64,000 nucleotides of DNA, from NCBI GenBank assembly GCA_014687725.1, contig GCA_014687725.1_4094.1; one strand, given 5' to 3'. The notes beneath the pieces are model-generated. The model was not told the origin of the DNA, did no database searches, and saw only the letters and a list, made by a program, of their open reading frames with translations. Both the position numbers and the translations under genes were made by a program. Positions 15,813 through 25,282 of this stretch are shown piece after piece. Position 1 is the stretch's first letter; each line of letters begins with the position of its first letter. Source of the DNA: a phage.

Positions 15813-16009
15813 AAATGCGTATTTTAAATAAAGAAGAATATCAATCACTGTTACGTAAAAACTTCACAAAGATTTATAATACAGACACACACGTAGAACG
15901 AATGGAGTTATACCTTTTGATTACATTGGGAACAAACTATCAGGGTAGATGGGTGTGGCAATATATGGATACATTGAAAAATAAAATATTGTCCACGAGG
16001 AAACAATGA
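15809..16009 (+). CDS. family A paralog
   Basis: motif LGTNYQGR; ATGA stop/start overlap. Confidence 0.65.
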   Translation: MKMRILNKEEYQSLLRKNFTKIYNTDTHVERMELYLLITLGTNYQGRWVWQYMDTLKNKILSTRKQ

Positions 16010-16215
16010 AAACTATAACACGAACCCAATCATACGGTCTTATCTTGAAATACATGGACTTAATGGTGGATATCAGCAAAGACCTGCCTAAAACTGAAAT
16101 TGAAGTTGCAAGAGCAGAGATCCGCATGTTGGCTGTACTGAACACAAACCATCAGGAAGATTATGTTGAAGAATGGATTCGATTTTTAATAGAAGATATT
16201 AAGAGTAAACTATGA
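16006..16215 (+). CDS. family A paralog
   Basis: motif LNTNHQED; ATGA overlap. Confidence 0.65.
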   Translation: MKTITRTQSYGLILKYMDLMVDISKDLPKTEIEVARAEIRMLAVLNTNHQEDYVEEWIRFLIEDIKSKL

Positions 16216-16427
16216 TTATTATAGAAAACTCATATCAATATACTAAACGCATCGCTGCCAGACAACTTGAAATCCTCATAATATACGAAGAGACTTCTGA
16301 TTTAAACTTAGCCGAGGTATTGGAAAATGAAATACTTTTGGGTGCATTCTTGGGAACAGACTATCAGGAGTATTATGAGGAAAAGTATTTGTCATCTCTA
16401 GAGAAATACATCAGGAGCAAATTATGA
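16212..16427 (+). CDS. family A paralog
   Basis: motif LGTDYQEY; ATGA overlap. Confidence 0.65.
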   Translation: MIIIENSYQYTKRIAARQLEILIIYEETSDLNLAEVLENEILLGAFLGTDYQEYYEEKYLSSLEKYIRSKL

Positions 16428-16636
16428 TTATATTAACACCAGAAGAATATAAGAAACGTTTCAATTCTGTCCAGACTGAAATATTACTTATATACCTTTC
16501 AAATGCAGACCTTAACTTATCAAGGGCAATGGAGAAGGATTTACTTATGGGTGCATTTTTGGATACAGACTTTCAGGAGTATTATGTAGGGAAATACTTA
16601 ATTGAACTTCAGAACTACATTAAGAGTAAACTATGA
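16424..16636 (+). CDS. family A paralog
   Basis: motif LDTDFQEY; ATGA overlap. Confidence 0.65.
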   Translation: MIILTPEEYKKRFNSVQTEILLIYLSNADLNLSRAMEKDLLMGAFLDTDFQEYYVGKYLIELQNYIKSKL

Positions 16637-16860
16637 AACATTTAAGTAATATTGAGAAGATGAGAATTATCATTGATGCATTAAACAAATACGATACCCT
16701 TTTACAAATAAAAGGTTTAACTCGATTGGAACACAAGATAAACACCACCGATGTACGCATGTTGGCTGTACTGGGGACGAACTTTCAGGAAGAGTATGTT
16801 GTTGCACACATAGTTGCACTCACTAATTACATAATGGACAAATGTAATGAACATCATTAA
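16633..16860 (+). CDS. family A paralog
   Basis: motif LGTNFQEE; ATGA overlap. Confidence 0.65.
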   Translation: MKHLSNIEKMRIIIDALNKYDTLLQIKGLTRLEHKINTTDVRMLAVLGTNFQEEYVVAHIVALTNYIMDKCNEHH

Positions 16861-17071
16861 TAACTTTGAATACGAGGCCCGTGCTAAGAGTGCCAGAAAA
16901 AAAGAGAACACCATTTACTTCACTATGATGTACTTACAATGGACTGAAATTGAAGAAAAGGTTGCTGAAGTATGGATGTTGGAATTCATGGGGACGCAGT
17001 ATCAGAATAGGTTTGCGGGTGAGTATATCAATGTTCTTATGAAACAAATAGAAAGAAAGGAAAAGAACTAA
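16847..17071 (+). CDS. family A paralog
   Basis: motif MGTQYQNR. Confidence 0.65.
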   Translation: MNIINNFEYEARAKSARKKENTIYFTMMYLQWTEIEEKVAEVWMLEFMGTQYQNRFAGEYINVLMKQIERKEKN

Positions 17072-17229
17072 TGGTTTTCATTAACATATCTGACCAACTC
17101 GATACTAAACTAGAAGTCGAGCAGAGTGAGGGATGGATGCTGTACTTTCTTGGAACTTCTCATCAGAATTTTTATATCCATGAACACATAGTTGCACTCA
17201 AGAATTACATTATGGACAAATGCAAATGA
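17071..17229 (+). CDS. family A paralog, N-terminally shortened copy (52 aa)
   Basis: motif LGTSHQNF; C-terminus HIVALKNYIMDKC repeats that of the 16633-16860 copy; TAATG overlap; below track cut-off. Confidence 0.4.
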   Translation: MVFINISDQLDTKLEVEQSEGWMLYFLGTSHQNFYIHEHIVALKNYIMDKCK

Positions 17230-17483
17230 AATACTTAACACAAGATGAATATTCACTTAGAATTCGAAAGCTCACCCCAGAAGCAAGAGTAATCTACGAT
17301 GACCCCACCCTTACATGGAACCAAATGCGAGCTAAAGTTAATGAGCTATGGTTGCTGTACTTTATGGGGACTCAATATCAAGATAAGTTTTGCAAAGAAT
17401 TTGTCGATCAATTAATGAATGTTATACAGGATAAACTAGATGAATATTGGCTCGCAAAACATGAAGACTTTATCAGGAGTTGA
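17220..17483 (+). CDS. family A paralog
   Basis: motif MGTQYQDK. Confidence 0.65.
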   Translation: MQMKYLTQDEYSLRIRKLTPEARVIYDDPTLTWNQMRAKVNELWLLYFMGTQYQDKFCKEFVDQLMNVIQDKLDEYWLAKHEDFIRS

Positions 17484-17712
17484 GTATCAAACTGCCCTCT
17501 TCTCTCTTATTAACACCCTTAGAAAAAACAATGCATTACATGGTGCACCTGAAGTGGATGTTATCAACGGTGATGTTTATCTTATGAAATTCATTGGAAC
17601 AAACTATCAAGATCTGTTCATTCAACGATACTTGGCAGCATTAAGAAACCAAATCCAATATAAAACCCGTCAAGCCCAAAGAGAATGGAAGAGACAATGC
17701 GACAAAGACTAA
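17461..17712 (+). CDS. family A paralog
   Basis: motif IGTNYQDL; start uncertain (track 17440). Confidence 0.6.
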   Translation: MKTLSGVEYQTALFSLINTLRKNNALHGAPEVDVINGDVYLMKFIGTNYQDLFIQRYLAALRNQIQYKTRQAQREWKRQCDKD

Positions 17713-17945
17713 ATCACAAAATGTATTGTAAACTATTACAAACACTGGCACAGAAACACTATGACACCGTATCTGAAATATTACCCTATGATATCATGCG
17801 TTTAATTCATAGTGAGGCCGAGATGCTTGTACTGATGAGAGGGACTGATAAAACAGCAATAGCCAGATCGATTGAGCAATATATTGATGCACACTGCCAA
17901 CACATGAGAACCGAAATCTGGAGGAAAGAGAATGATAATCCTTAA
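17685..17945 (+). CDS. family A paralog (divergent)
   Basis: motif region MRGTDKTA; tandem position. Confidence 0.55.
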   Translation: MEETMRQRLNHKMYCKLLQTLAQKHYDTVSEILPYDIMRLIHSEAEMLVLMRGTDKTAIARSIEQYIDAHCQHMRTEIWRKENDNP

Positions 17946-18147
17946 TGAGTATCAGTATCATTGGAGGTTACAAACTATCAAATCAAAAGTGTATAGTATT
18001 GTGTTAAACAAATCTATTGCACAAGAGGACAAATGTGTTATAATAGCTGAAATGAAGTTGGGTGTATTCGTAGGGACAAACTATCAAAACATCTACACTG
18101 ACGTATTATTAAGTTCCTTACGTAACAAGGTGGTATCCAAAATATGA
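17932..18147 (+). CDS. family A paralog
   Basis: motif VGTNYQNI. Confidence 0.65.
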   Translation: MIILNEYQYHWRLQTIKSKVYSIVLNKSIAQEDKCVIIAEMKLGVFVGTNYQNIYTDVLLSSLRNKVVSKI

Positions 18148-18362
18148 GAAATTTACAAGGCTTTGAATACATCAGACTCCTGAAAACATGTGGAAGCAGA
18201 AGGAGAATGATATCAAGCGATAAGAGCATCCAAGCTAACCTTAAGCACGCACTAGTAACTGAACTCTATGTAGGTGCACTCTTAGGCACAAACTATCAAC
18301 AAATGTATGTAGATCTATGGATTGACGCTCTACAGAAAGAGGTTAAAAGTAAATGCAAATGA
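18144..18362 (+). CDS. family A paralog
   Basis: motif LGTNYQQM; ATGA overlap. Confidence 0.65.
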   Translation: MRNLQGFEYIRLLKTCGSRRRMISSDKSIQANLKHALVTELYVGALLGTNYQQMYVDLWIDALQKEVKSKCK

Positions 18363-18571
18363 TTAATTTAAGTAAAGACGAATTTTATGTTATACTGGCG
18401 AAAACTTATCCAGCACGTAAGGCCGTTTATGATAGTCACATTATTGAACCCTCAAAGAAGTTGATTTTAGTAAATGAGATAAAGATGCTTTCAGTCTTAG
18501 GAACAAACTATCAAGAGAATGCTGTACTGATGTTAATTGATGCCCTCCAGCGAGAGGTTAAACGTAAATGA
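18353..18571 (+). CDS. family A paralog
   Basis: motif LGTNYQEN. Confidence 0.65.
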   Translation: MQMINLSKDEFYVILAKTYPARKAVYDSHIIEPSKKLILVNEIKMLSVLGTNYQENAVLMLIDALQREVKRK

Positions 18572-18798
18572 AAATGATTCATTTAACTTACCATGAATAT
18601 CAAAAACGTTTAAATGCATCCAGAGATATAAGGATTCAAATATTCAATAACAAAAGATTGAAGCCTGATATCAGAAAAATCAAAATTATAGAAGCAGAGT
18701 TATGCAACTTTCTAGGGACCAACTATCAGGCAGGTAAGGTAAAAAACTATCTTAGAGAACTAATGAATAGTATTGAAAATAAATGTAAGGGTAATTAA
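18568..18798 (+). CDS. family A paralog
   Basis: motif LGTNYQAG; ATGA overlap. Confidence 0.65.
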   Translation: MKMIHLTYHEYQKRLNASRDIRIQIFNNKRLKPDIRKIKIIEAELCNFLGTNYQAGKVKNYLRELMNSIENKCKGN

Positions 18799-18799
18799 C

Positions 18800-19039
18800 A
18801 TGAAAATGATTAAATTATCTCAAGCAAAATATAAAGAACGCCTGGTGAAAATTGCACCTGGACTTAATGAAATCCATCACGGAGAAGTCATTAAACACGG
18901 AAATAAGATGATTATGAAACTTGAGTTAAAGGTGGGTGCATTCATAGGAACAAACTATCAGGAGTATTATGTAGATGAATACATAATCGCACTTAAGAGA
19001 TACATTGGAAGAAAACTATATCTACAAACTAAAGAATAG
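18800..19039 (+). CDS. family A paralog
   Basis: motif IGTNYQEY; ATG 18800 right after upstream TAA (track TTG 18773). Confidence 0.6.
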   Translation: MKMIKLSQAKYKERLVKIAPGLNEIHHGEVIKHGNKMIMKLELKVGAFIGTNYQEYYVDEYIIALKRYIGRKLYLQTKE

Positions 19040-19068
19040 TATTGAAAATAAATGTGAGGTTGATGAAC

Positions 19069-19332
19069 ATGCAAATGATCAATTTAAGTAAAGATGAATA
19101 TACCGAGCGTATGACAAAAATTACGCACAAACGTAATACAATCTATCACAACCCAGAAATTCAACACAGTAAGAAAATGATTATGATGCGTGAGTTAAAG
19201 ATGGGTGTATTCTTAGGAACAAACTATCAAGATACAGAAGTAAATCGCTTAATCGCGGAGTTACTACTGGAAATCAGAGGTAAGCTGTACTTTCATCAAA
19301 TGACCCAACCACTGAGGTGTACTAAGAAATGA
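19069..19332 (+). CDS. family A paralog
   Basis: motif LGTNYQDT; start uncertain (track TTG 19042). Confidence 0.6.
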   Translation: MQMINLSKDEYTERMTKITHKRNTIYHNPEIQHSKKMIMMRELKMGVFLGTNYQDTEVNRLIAELLLEIRGKLYFHQMTQPLRCTKK

Positions 19333-19544
19333 TCAACATCACATTGCAAGAAAGATTCATCCGAATCAACTATGCAATTACCAAATTAGATGCTACTATA
19401 GGATTCCAAAGTCTACCATACAAAACCAGATTGTTATTAGAGTGTGAAGCTAAGTTGGGTGTACTGTTAGGGACGCAACACCAACAACGATATGTGGAAA
19501 TCTGGATTGACCTTTTAACCCAAAATATATATGAGAGAATGTAA
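19329..19544 (+). CDS. family A paralog
   Basis: motif LGTQHQQR; ATGA overlap. Confidence 0.65.
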   Translation: MINITLQERFIRINYAITKLDATIGFQSLPYKTRLLLECEAKLGVLLGTQHQQRYVEIWIDLLTQNIYERM

Positions 19545-19775
19545 ATGCAAAATGAAATGATATACTTAACGAATGAAGAATTTCAAGAGAAGATGTTAAA
19601 AACCAAAAACATTACTCTTAAGTTCGTTCCAAATCAATCAATATCTGAAGTATCTGCAAATGTATTGTTTCAGAAGCTACCATACGTTCTTGGAACTGAT
19701 AAACAAGAATTTATGGTTCAAAATATGATTGAACATCTTATAATGAGTATTAAGGAAAAAGTTAATGCAAAATGA
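19545..19775 (+). CDS. family A paralog (long-N variant)
   Basis: motif LGTDKQEF. Confidence 0.65.
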   Translation: MQNEMIYLTNEEFQEKMLKTKNITLKFVPNQSISEVSANVLFQKLPYVLGTDKQEFMVQNMIEHLIMSIKEKVNAK

Positions 19776-20019
19776 AATGATATACTTAACCTATAATGAA
19801 TACGTCGAGAGATTAGTTCGTGCCAAGAGATATACCAATAAACGTCCAATTGACCTAAACCAAACCCCAGCAGAAAGGAGTGCAGAAGTATTATTCCAAT
19901 CACTACCATATCTTCTGGGAACTGATAGACAAGAGGAATATGTTGCACGTATGATTAGATATCTTAAAATCACTATTAAGGAAAAAGTAAATGCAAATGA
20001 AATACTTAACAGACGATGA
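19765..20019 (+). CDS. family A paralog (long-N variant)
   Basis: motif LGTDRQEE; first 33 nt identical to the 19545 copy. Confidence 0.65.
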   Translation: MQNEMIYLTYNEYVERLVRAKRYTNKRPIDLNQTPAERSAEVLFQSLPYLLGTDRQEEYVARMIRYLKITIKEKVNANEILNRR

Positions 20020-20242
20020 GTTAAAAGAACGACTAATTAAATCAAGAAAACATACAAATCAACTTCCAAACGACACAAACAAGTCTCCAGCGGAAAGGAG
20101 TGCAGAAGTTTTATACATTCAACTCATGTACTTTCTTGGCACTGACAGACAAGAGTATTACATTGAAAGTATGCTTCGATATCTTAAATTCTCTATAAAG
20201 GAAAAGATACATGATCAAGTATTTAAAAATCCTAACAGTTAA
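19991..20242 (+). CDS. family A paralog (long-N variant)
   Basis: motif LGTDRQEY. Confidence 0.65.
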   Translation: MQMKYLTDDELKERLIKSRKHTNQLPNDTNKSPAERSAEVLYIQLMYFLGTDRQEYYIESMLRYLKFSIKEKIHDQVFKNPNS

Positions 20243-20453
20243 TGAATATCATAAGATTGTAATGAAAACTAATAGTGCTTACGCTAAAAAATCAAACCCA
20301 AAGTACATACTGGAACACACATTTGAAGAACGTCAATTAGCTTTAGTTGAAGCAAAACTTCTTGCACTATTAGGAACAAACTATCAGGAAGAATACAATA
20401 GAAAACTAATATACCTTTTAACTAAACATATAAGAAAAAGAAAAAATGCATGA
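20211..20453 (+). CDS. family A paralog
   Basis: motif LGTNYQEE. Confidence 0.65.
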   Translation: MIKYLKILTVNEYHKIVMKTNSAYAKKSNPKYILEHTFEERQLALVEAKLLALLGTNYQEEYNRKLIYLLTKHIRKRKNA

Positions 20454-20680
20454 AACACTTGACAGATGATGAACATGGGCTTATAGTAATGGATGTAATC
20501 AACATCGAATACAAAAAGTTGATACGCTATCGTTGTTATGAAGATAAGCAACTCGTTCTAGCAGAACAGAAGTTGTTTCGACTCTTAAACACAAACTACC
20601 AAGCACAATACGAAGAATCGTATATGTACCTTTTGGCGAGGAAAGCAAAAAGAGATTATGAAAATTTTAAGCAAAGGTGA
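20450..20680 (+). CDS. family A paralog
   Basis: motif LNTNYQAQ; ATGA overlap. Confidence 0.65.
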   Translation: MKHLTDDEHGLIVMDVINIEYKKLIRYRCYEDKQLVLAEQKLFRLLNTNYQAQYEESYMYLLARKAKRDYENFKQR

Positions 20681-20879
20681 TTCAGTAATATTACTTATAG
20701 AGAGTTCAAGTAAATTCTTAAACATAACACTGTCTGATATAGATGAAGATGACAAAGAAGTACTGAGAGCAGATTTAAGAGTACTGTTACATATCGGAAC
20801 AAACCTACAAGAAGAATATGTAGAGTGCTACATCAATGAACTTAAAGAATCAGTACTGAGAAAATGCAAATGCAAATGA
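20658..20879 (+). CDS. family A paralog
   Basis: motif IGTNLQEE. Confidence 0.65.
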   Translation: MKILSKGDSVILLIESSSKFLNITLSDIDEDDKEVLRADLRVLLHIGTNLQEEYVECYINELKESVLRKCKCK

Positions 20880-21097
20880 AAATCATTACCGATGTAGAAT
20901 ACCTAACAATCATAAATGGACTGTTTTTGAAGCTCTTCGTCATTAACACATCAGATATACCAGATATGGATAAAATTATTAAGAGAAATGAAGTCTATGT
21001 TCTAGCTACCCTTGGAACGAACTATCAAGAACACGACATTAAAGATTATATTAATACACTTAAACGAGCTATTGAACTAAAATGCCAAAACCACTAG
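20864..21097 (+). CDS. family A paralog
   Basis: motif LGTNYQEH. Confidence 0.65.
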   Translation: MQMQMKIITDVEYLTIINGLFLKLFVINTSDIPDMDKIIKRNEVYVLATLGTNYQEHDIKDYINTLKRAIELKCQNH

Positions 21098-21297
21098 GAA
21101 CAGCAGAATACATTGAACTCATGGGATTACACTTCTCATCCTTTCAGAAACTTATGCGAGAATCAAAGAATGATTTAGAATATACCATCAGAGGTTCCGA
21201 TTTAAGAATGCTTCTCACCCTAGACACAGATTCCCAAGAGCGATTTGTCAATGAGCATATTAGAGCACTTTTAATGGAAATTAAAAGTAAACTATGA
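21082..21297 (+). CDS. family A paralog
   Basis: motif LDTDSQER. Confidence 0.65.
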   Translation: MPKPLGTAEYIELMGLHFSSFQKLMRESKNDLEYTIRGSDLRMLLTLDTDSQERFVNEHIRALLMEIKSKL

Positions 21298-21509
21298 AGA
21301 TAATATCAAACCAAGAGTACTTGGCACTATTCAGGAAGAATAATCACAAATATATGGCACTTGATTCAAGAACTGATATAAGTGAACTTGAAAAAAATCT
21401 TTTGCGTTCAGATATGATAGTACTGACACTCTTAGGAACACAGCATCAAGAGAGAACTGTTAATTCATACATAGGTATTCTTATACAGATAGTACAGGAA
21501 AAGATATGA
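21294..21509 (+). CDS. family A paralog
   Basis: motif LGTQHQER; ATGA overlap. Confidence 0.65.
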   Translation: MKIISNQEYLALFRKNNHKYMALDSRTDISELEKNLLRSDMIVLTLLGTQHQERTVNSYIGILIQIVQEKI

Positions 21510-21727
21510 GAATCATAACACAACAAGATATTCTTAAGTTCACAAGGGTTCATGCATCTGAATTTGATGCTATATTATCAAAAAGTTACAATGACCCTTA
21601 TACACAAGATGTACATTACAGTGAATTATGGATGTATATACTTTTAGGTACAAATAAGCAAGAGCAAGCCGTACAGAAGTATTTGACAGCTTTACGTGAT
21701 GCTACTGCTAATGGAGTATGTGTTTAA
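21506..21727 (+). CDS. family A paralog
   Basis: motif LGTNKQEQ; ATGA overlap. Confidence 0.65.
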   Translation: MRIITQQDILKFTRVHASEFDAILSKSYNDPYTQDVHYSELWMYILLGTNKQEQAVQKYLTALRDATANGVCV

Positions 21728-21728
21728 T

Positions 21729-21971
21729 ATGAAAGTACTGACAGAACTAGAAATGTATCATAGATTTAATAAGTACTATCATTTACTTAAGCCTATACAG
21801 AGGATTAAATGTCCATTTGAAGAGAAACAGGTTTTAATCTATGAGCACAAGTTCTTTGTATCATTAGGTACAGATCAACAAGAGTACTATTTGACGTTGT
21901 ACTTGATTACATTAATAGATTTAATTCACTATAAAACCAAACAAGCTAATAAAGAGAAATATGAAAACTAA
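21729..21971 (+). CDS. family A paralog
   Basis: motif LGTDQQEY; ATG 21729 just after upstream TAA (track 21696). Confidence 0.6.
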   Translation: MKVLTELEMYHRFNKYYHLLKPIQRIKCPFEEKQVLIYEHKFFVSLGTDQQEYYLTLYLITLIDLIHYKTKQANKEKYEN

Positions 21972-22305
21972 TATACAACTCAAGGTATATAAATCATTTG
22001 AACATACATATATCAAAAGTAGTCTATGTAGAGATGTAATGGATTACAAGGGTAAGCCATTCACAATTACCTATGATTCTTATGTTAGTGATTTATATAT
22101 ATCATTTGTTAATTACGAAAATAAAATATACAAGCACGTTGATATTAAAGATTTAAGTACTTTATCACCAGAGGAATACTTTCAGGAATCATTAGTATGG
22201 GATTTAGAGTTTCCTATGCCATTAGTACATAAGATGATAGTACTAATGAAAGAATCTAAACAGGAGCCTAATGGTGATTATGAAGAACACACAGTTGAGT
22301 ATTAA
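21961..22305 (+). CDS. family B paralog (EEYFQ-motif protein)
   Basis: motif LSPEEYFQESLVWD. Confidence 0.65.
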   Translation: MKTNIQLKVYKSFEHTYIKSSLCRDVMDYKGKPFTITYDSYVSDLYISFVNYENKIYKHVDIKDLSTLSPEEYFQESLVWDLEFPMPLVHKMIVLMKESKQEPNGDYEEHTVEY

Positions 22306-22675
22306 AAGTACTGATAATACTAAGAGTTATACAAGCTCAAGTACTGTGACAATCGAAGTGAATTCTATTAATGCTGGTAATGCAGTAGATAAGTTCTTTA
22401 TTGCTCAAGGGTACAGGAAAGATATTCATCAATATTGTTCAGTATATGGGGAGTACAATTCTACTGAAGATATAATTTATTGGTCAACACATCAAGATTA
22501 TATAACTAAAATTGGCGTTCCAGATGTTAGTACTTTATCTGAAGAAGAATACTTTCAGTACAGCTTAGTACATGATGTACCTATACCTTTAGGGTTAATC
22601 AAGGGTATGCAGGAAGAGGTTCATAAGCTTAAATCCATGAGTTCAGGTACTTTCATTAGAACAGTGCAATACTAG
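22271..22675 (+). CDS. family B paralog
   Basis: motif LSEEEYFQYSLVHD; start uncertain (alt ATG 22280). Confidence 0.6.
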   Translation: MVIMKNTQLSIKSTDNTKSYTSSSTVTIEVNSINAGNAVDKFFIAQGYRKDIHQYCSVYGEYNSTEDIIYWSTHQDYITKIGVPDVSTLSEEEYFQYSLVHDVPIPLGLIKGMQEEVHKLKSMSSGTFIRTVQY

Positions 22676-22676
22676 C

Positions 22677-22705
22677 TTGACAGTACTTTTCATTACTGAT
22701 ATAGT
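22677..22705 (+). promoter_or_regulatory. sigma70-like promoter inside array
   Basis: TTGACA 22677-22682, 17-nt spacer, TATAGT 22700-22705. Confidence 0.55.
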
Positions 22706-22734
22706 ACACTAACGTTAATCATAGGGTAAAAATT

Positions 22735-22980
22735 ATGTTAAATTTTTTAAATTTCCTTATCGTTTTGTGTATTGTTCTTGGGATTGCACCATTTGTATTG
22801 TATTTCATGGATTCAGATGAAATGCAGAAGATGAATTGCACAAGGACAGGACAGAGTAGAGAAGAGACGATTCTTATGCCTGTTACGGTTATTGTTAACA
22901 ACATGCCCATTACAAACATGGTCCCTACCCTAACGACAACGTACCAGTACTCTTGTGCTGACGGAGAGAGGTGGAGATGA
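22735..22980 (+). CDS. hypothetical small membrane protein (81 aa)
   Basis: N-terminal hydrophobic helix MLNFLNFLIVLCIVLGIAPFVLYF; own promoter. Confidence 0.55.
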   Translation: MLNFLNFLIVLCIVLGIAPFVLYFMDSDEMQKMNCTRTGQSREETILMPVTVIVNNMPITNMVPTLTTTYQYSCADGERWR

Positions 22981-23297
22981 AATTTAATATAGCAAAAACA
23001 TCGAGTATATGTATTTTTGGTTATGCAGAAGAGTTAGGTGATATTGACATTCTTTTGTACAAAAAGGATGGTGTTATGCATTTCAAGTACCAGGATGAAG
23101 AGGCAGACAATTATCCTTTACCTAATTTAGTACAAATGCAGGAAGATGAATTATTCCAGTACAGCTTAATATACGACATTGATATTTGCACGATGCCAGT
23201 ACTAATTAGTATTCAAAAAGTGATGCTCGATATGTATGATAAGCTAATACAAGGTACATCAGGGAGAATCATTGAAATCGATATACAAGACAATTAA
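22977..23297 (+). CDS. family B paralog
   Basis: motif MQEDELFQYSLIYD; ATG 22977 in ATGA overlap (track GTG 22971). Confidence 0.6.
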   Translation: MKFNIAKTSSICIFGYAEELGDIDILLYKKDGVMHFKYQDEEADNYPLPNLVQMQEDELFQYSLIYDIDICTMPVLISIQKVMLDMYDKLIQGTSGRIIEIDIQDN

Positions 23298-23490
23298 TCA
23301 AGAATGGAAGACCCAAAAGTACAGGGAATTCAACAGGAATTTTACAAAAGATGCATTGAATTTAAAAACAACAGAGTTTGATATGTTTATTTTTCTTGGA
23401 ACACGTTCACAAGAACAATTTGTTCATTATTATATAAATTCGTTGCGAACGGAGATAGTATGCAAAACACAGGGTATTATAAAAAGGTAA
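23272..23490 (+). CDS. family A paralog (island inside family B block)
   Basis: motif LGTRSQEQ; TTG start with SD GGGAGA. Confidence 0.55.
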   Translation: MKSIYKTINQEWKTQKYREFNRNFTKDALNLKTTEFDMFIFLGTRSQEQFVHYYINSLRTEIVCKTQGIIKR

Positions 23491-23726
23491 ACCAATATTT
23501 GTACGCTACAAAGTACAGGGATTTTTGTTTAAAGGGTGGTGATGAAGATTTTTCTTTGCGATTATCAGAATTTAATCTGTTATTTTATCTTGGTACAAAA
23601 GAACAAGAAGAAATGGCACAGAAATTTATCAAGCACCTTGTACAAAAAATTAATATGCAAATTTTGATGCTTAAGATACAGAATGAGATAAATGAATATG
23701 AATCCAGAAATAGTTCAGGATCTTAA
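23460..23726 (+). CDS. family A paralog (island)
   Basis: motif LGTKEQEE; ATG with SD GGAG. Confidence 0.6.
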   Translation: MQNTGYYKKVNQYLYATKYRDFCLKGGDEDFSLRLSEFNLLFYLGTKEQEEMAQKFIKHLVQKINMQILMLKIQNEINEYESRNSSGS

Positions 23727-24084
23727 AAAAGTAATATTTCTTTTGAATACCAGAAGTGAATTGTATACAGAGTTAAAAGAGATTAATGCATTTTATCAGA
23801 ATTTTGTAATCCAAGAGATCAGTGATTTAATTACAGATGCATTATTTGAATTATCGGAGAAATACAAAGGTTCAGAGTTCAGTGTTAAGAATGTTATTCG
23901 TCCAAGTGCAAGGAAAATTATATTATCACATTTTACATTTGACAATAAAGATTTATTCAGTCATAATCCAAGTACAGCTTTATATTTTATTCCTGATTCA
24001 GACAAAAATCATCCTATTCATTACGGATGGATTTTGTCATATATAGTACAAGGAAAGGAGTATCCTATTAAATGGAAAGATTAG
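23692..24084 (+). CDS. hypothetical protein (130 aa) with family A-like N-terminal segment
   Basis: FLLNTRSELYTELKEI resembles family A core; longer C-terminal extension. Confidence 0.55.
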   Translation: MNMNPEIVQDLKKVIFLLNTRSELYTELKEINAFYQNFVIQEISDLITDALFELSEKYKGSEFSVKNVIRPSARKIILSHFTFDNKDLFSHNPSTALYFIPDSDKNHPIHYGWILSYIVQGKEYPIKWKD

Positions 24085-24232
24085 GGCGATTAGATTATTA
24101 CACAATTAATACAAATTATTTGTTGCGTAATATAAAATCCGATTACAAAATATGGATAAAGAACAGAGATAGCATGTGTTATGAATTTTATTTAGATTAT
24201 GCTATCAAACGATTTTTAAGAGAAGAACATTA

Positions 24233-24436
24233 ATGCAAAAGATTAATACGATAACATTAAATGCATTACAGGATTCATTATTAGATAGTATTAAGATGTA
24301 TTACAATATACATTTGAAGGGTGGTATTGATAATTACGATTATTATTTGAGTTTAATTACATTTGAGCACCTTTCAGTACAGGACAGGATTTTACATCCT
24401 ACAAATCCTAGGTATCCATCGATAGGTAAATTATGA
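24233..24436 (+). CDS. hypothetical small protein (67 aa)
   Basis: Track ORF after 148-bp gap. Confidence 0.5.
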   Translation: MQKINTITLNALQDSLLDSIKMYYNIHLKGGIDNYDYYLSLITFEHLSVQDRILHPTNPRYPSIGKL

Positions 24437-24981
24437 ATGAGATAGAGTTATTAGCACACAAGATAAGTACAATAATGCTTATCCTCAATAACAACCATCC
24501 TATATCGCATATAGATGGAATCCTGAGTCAGAGGACAGGTGGTAGTTTATATTTGTCCATAAACGCAGATATCGCAAGGAAATACATTGATATTGATGTT
24601 GAAATCGAATATGATACAACGGGGATTGTTGATGTAGGTGCATTAATCAGTTCAAATCCAGTATCAGCATCCCCATTGACCAAAGATGTTAGTACAGGAT
24701 TCGAAGGATATTTGTGGTACAATACCAATGATGATTATTTTATATATCAGCATTCCAATACAAATTATGATGAAGACAAATTTCAGTTCATAGACCCTTA
24801 TGATGAAGCTGGCGTATTCCAACAATCATTAATCACAAAACCGCATGAGATGATGTATCTAATGTTATTCAGTACAATGCATTTGAATCCATTAATTAAA
24901 GGTTTAAAATTTTATATTCAATTAAATTTAGTCCATGTAGTTTATGATTTATTAATGCAAGGATATAGTTATGAAGTATAA
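24433..24981 (+). CDS. family B paralog (divergent)
   Basis: motif DEAGVFQQSLITK; ATGA overlap. Confidence 0.6.
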   Translation: MNEIELLAHKISTIMLILNNNHPISHIDGILSQRTGGSLYLSINADIARKYIDIDVEIEYDTTGIVDVGALISSNPVSASPLTKDVSTGFEGYLWYNTNDDYFIYQHSNTNYDEDKFQFIDPYDEAGVFQQSLITKPHEMMYLMLFSTMHLNPLIKGLKFYIQLNLVHVVYDLLMQGYSYEV

Positions 24982-25282
24982 AATGATGTATACCCCAGAT
25001 ATGATTTATGTTGAATTAGAAGATGATGACGATGGGTGGAATTTGATTTATTCAAGAAGTTCAGGTTGGTACATGGCACATTTAAATGATTCGATAGTTA
25101 CAGATTATTTTGTAGATTTCAATACATTATCCGATGAAGAATTGTTCCAACAGCAATTAGTGATTGACACGGGTGGTTATGATGTCTTATTATTAAAAAA
25201 GATACAGAAAGCTGTTATTGATTTTAAGCCCATGATATGGCAAAGGAAATATTATGACCTCGAAGTACCGTACCAGCAATGA
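24971..25282 (+). CDS. family B paralog
   Basis: motif LSDEELFQQQLVID. Confidence 0.65.
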   Translation: MKYKMMYTPDMIYVELEDDDDGWNLIYSRSSGWYMAHLNDSIVTDYFVDFNTLSDEELFQQQLVIDTGGYDVLLLKKIQKAVIDFKPMIWQRKYYDLEVPYQQ

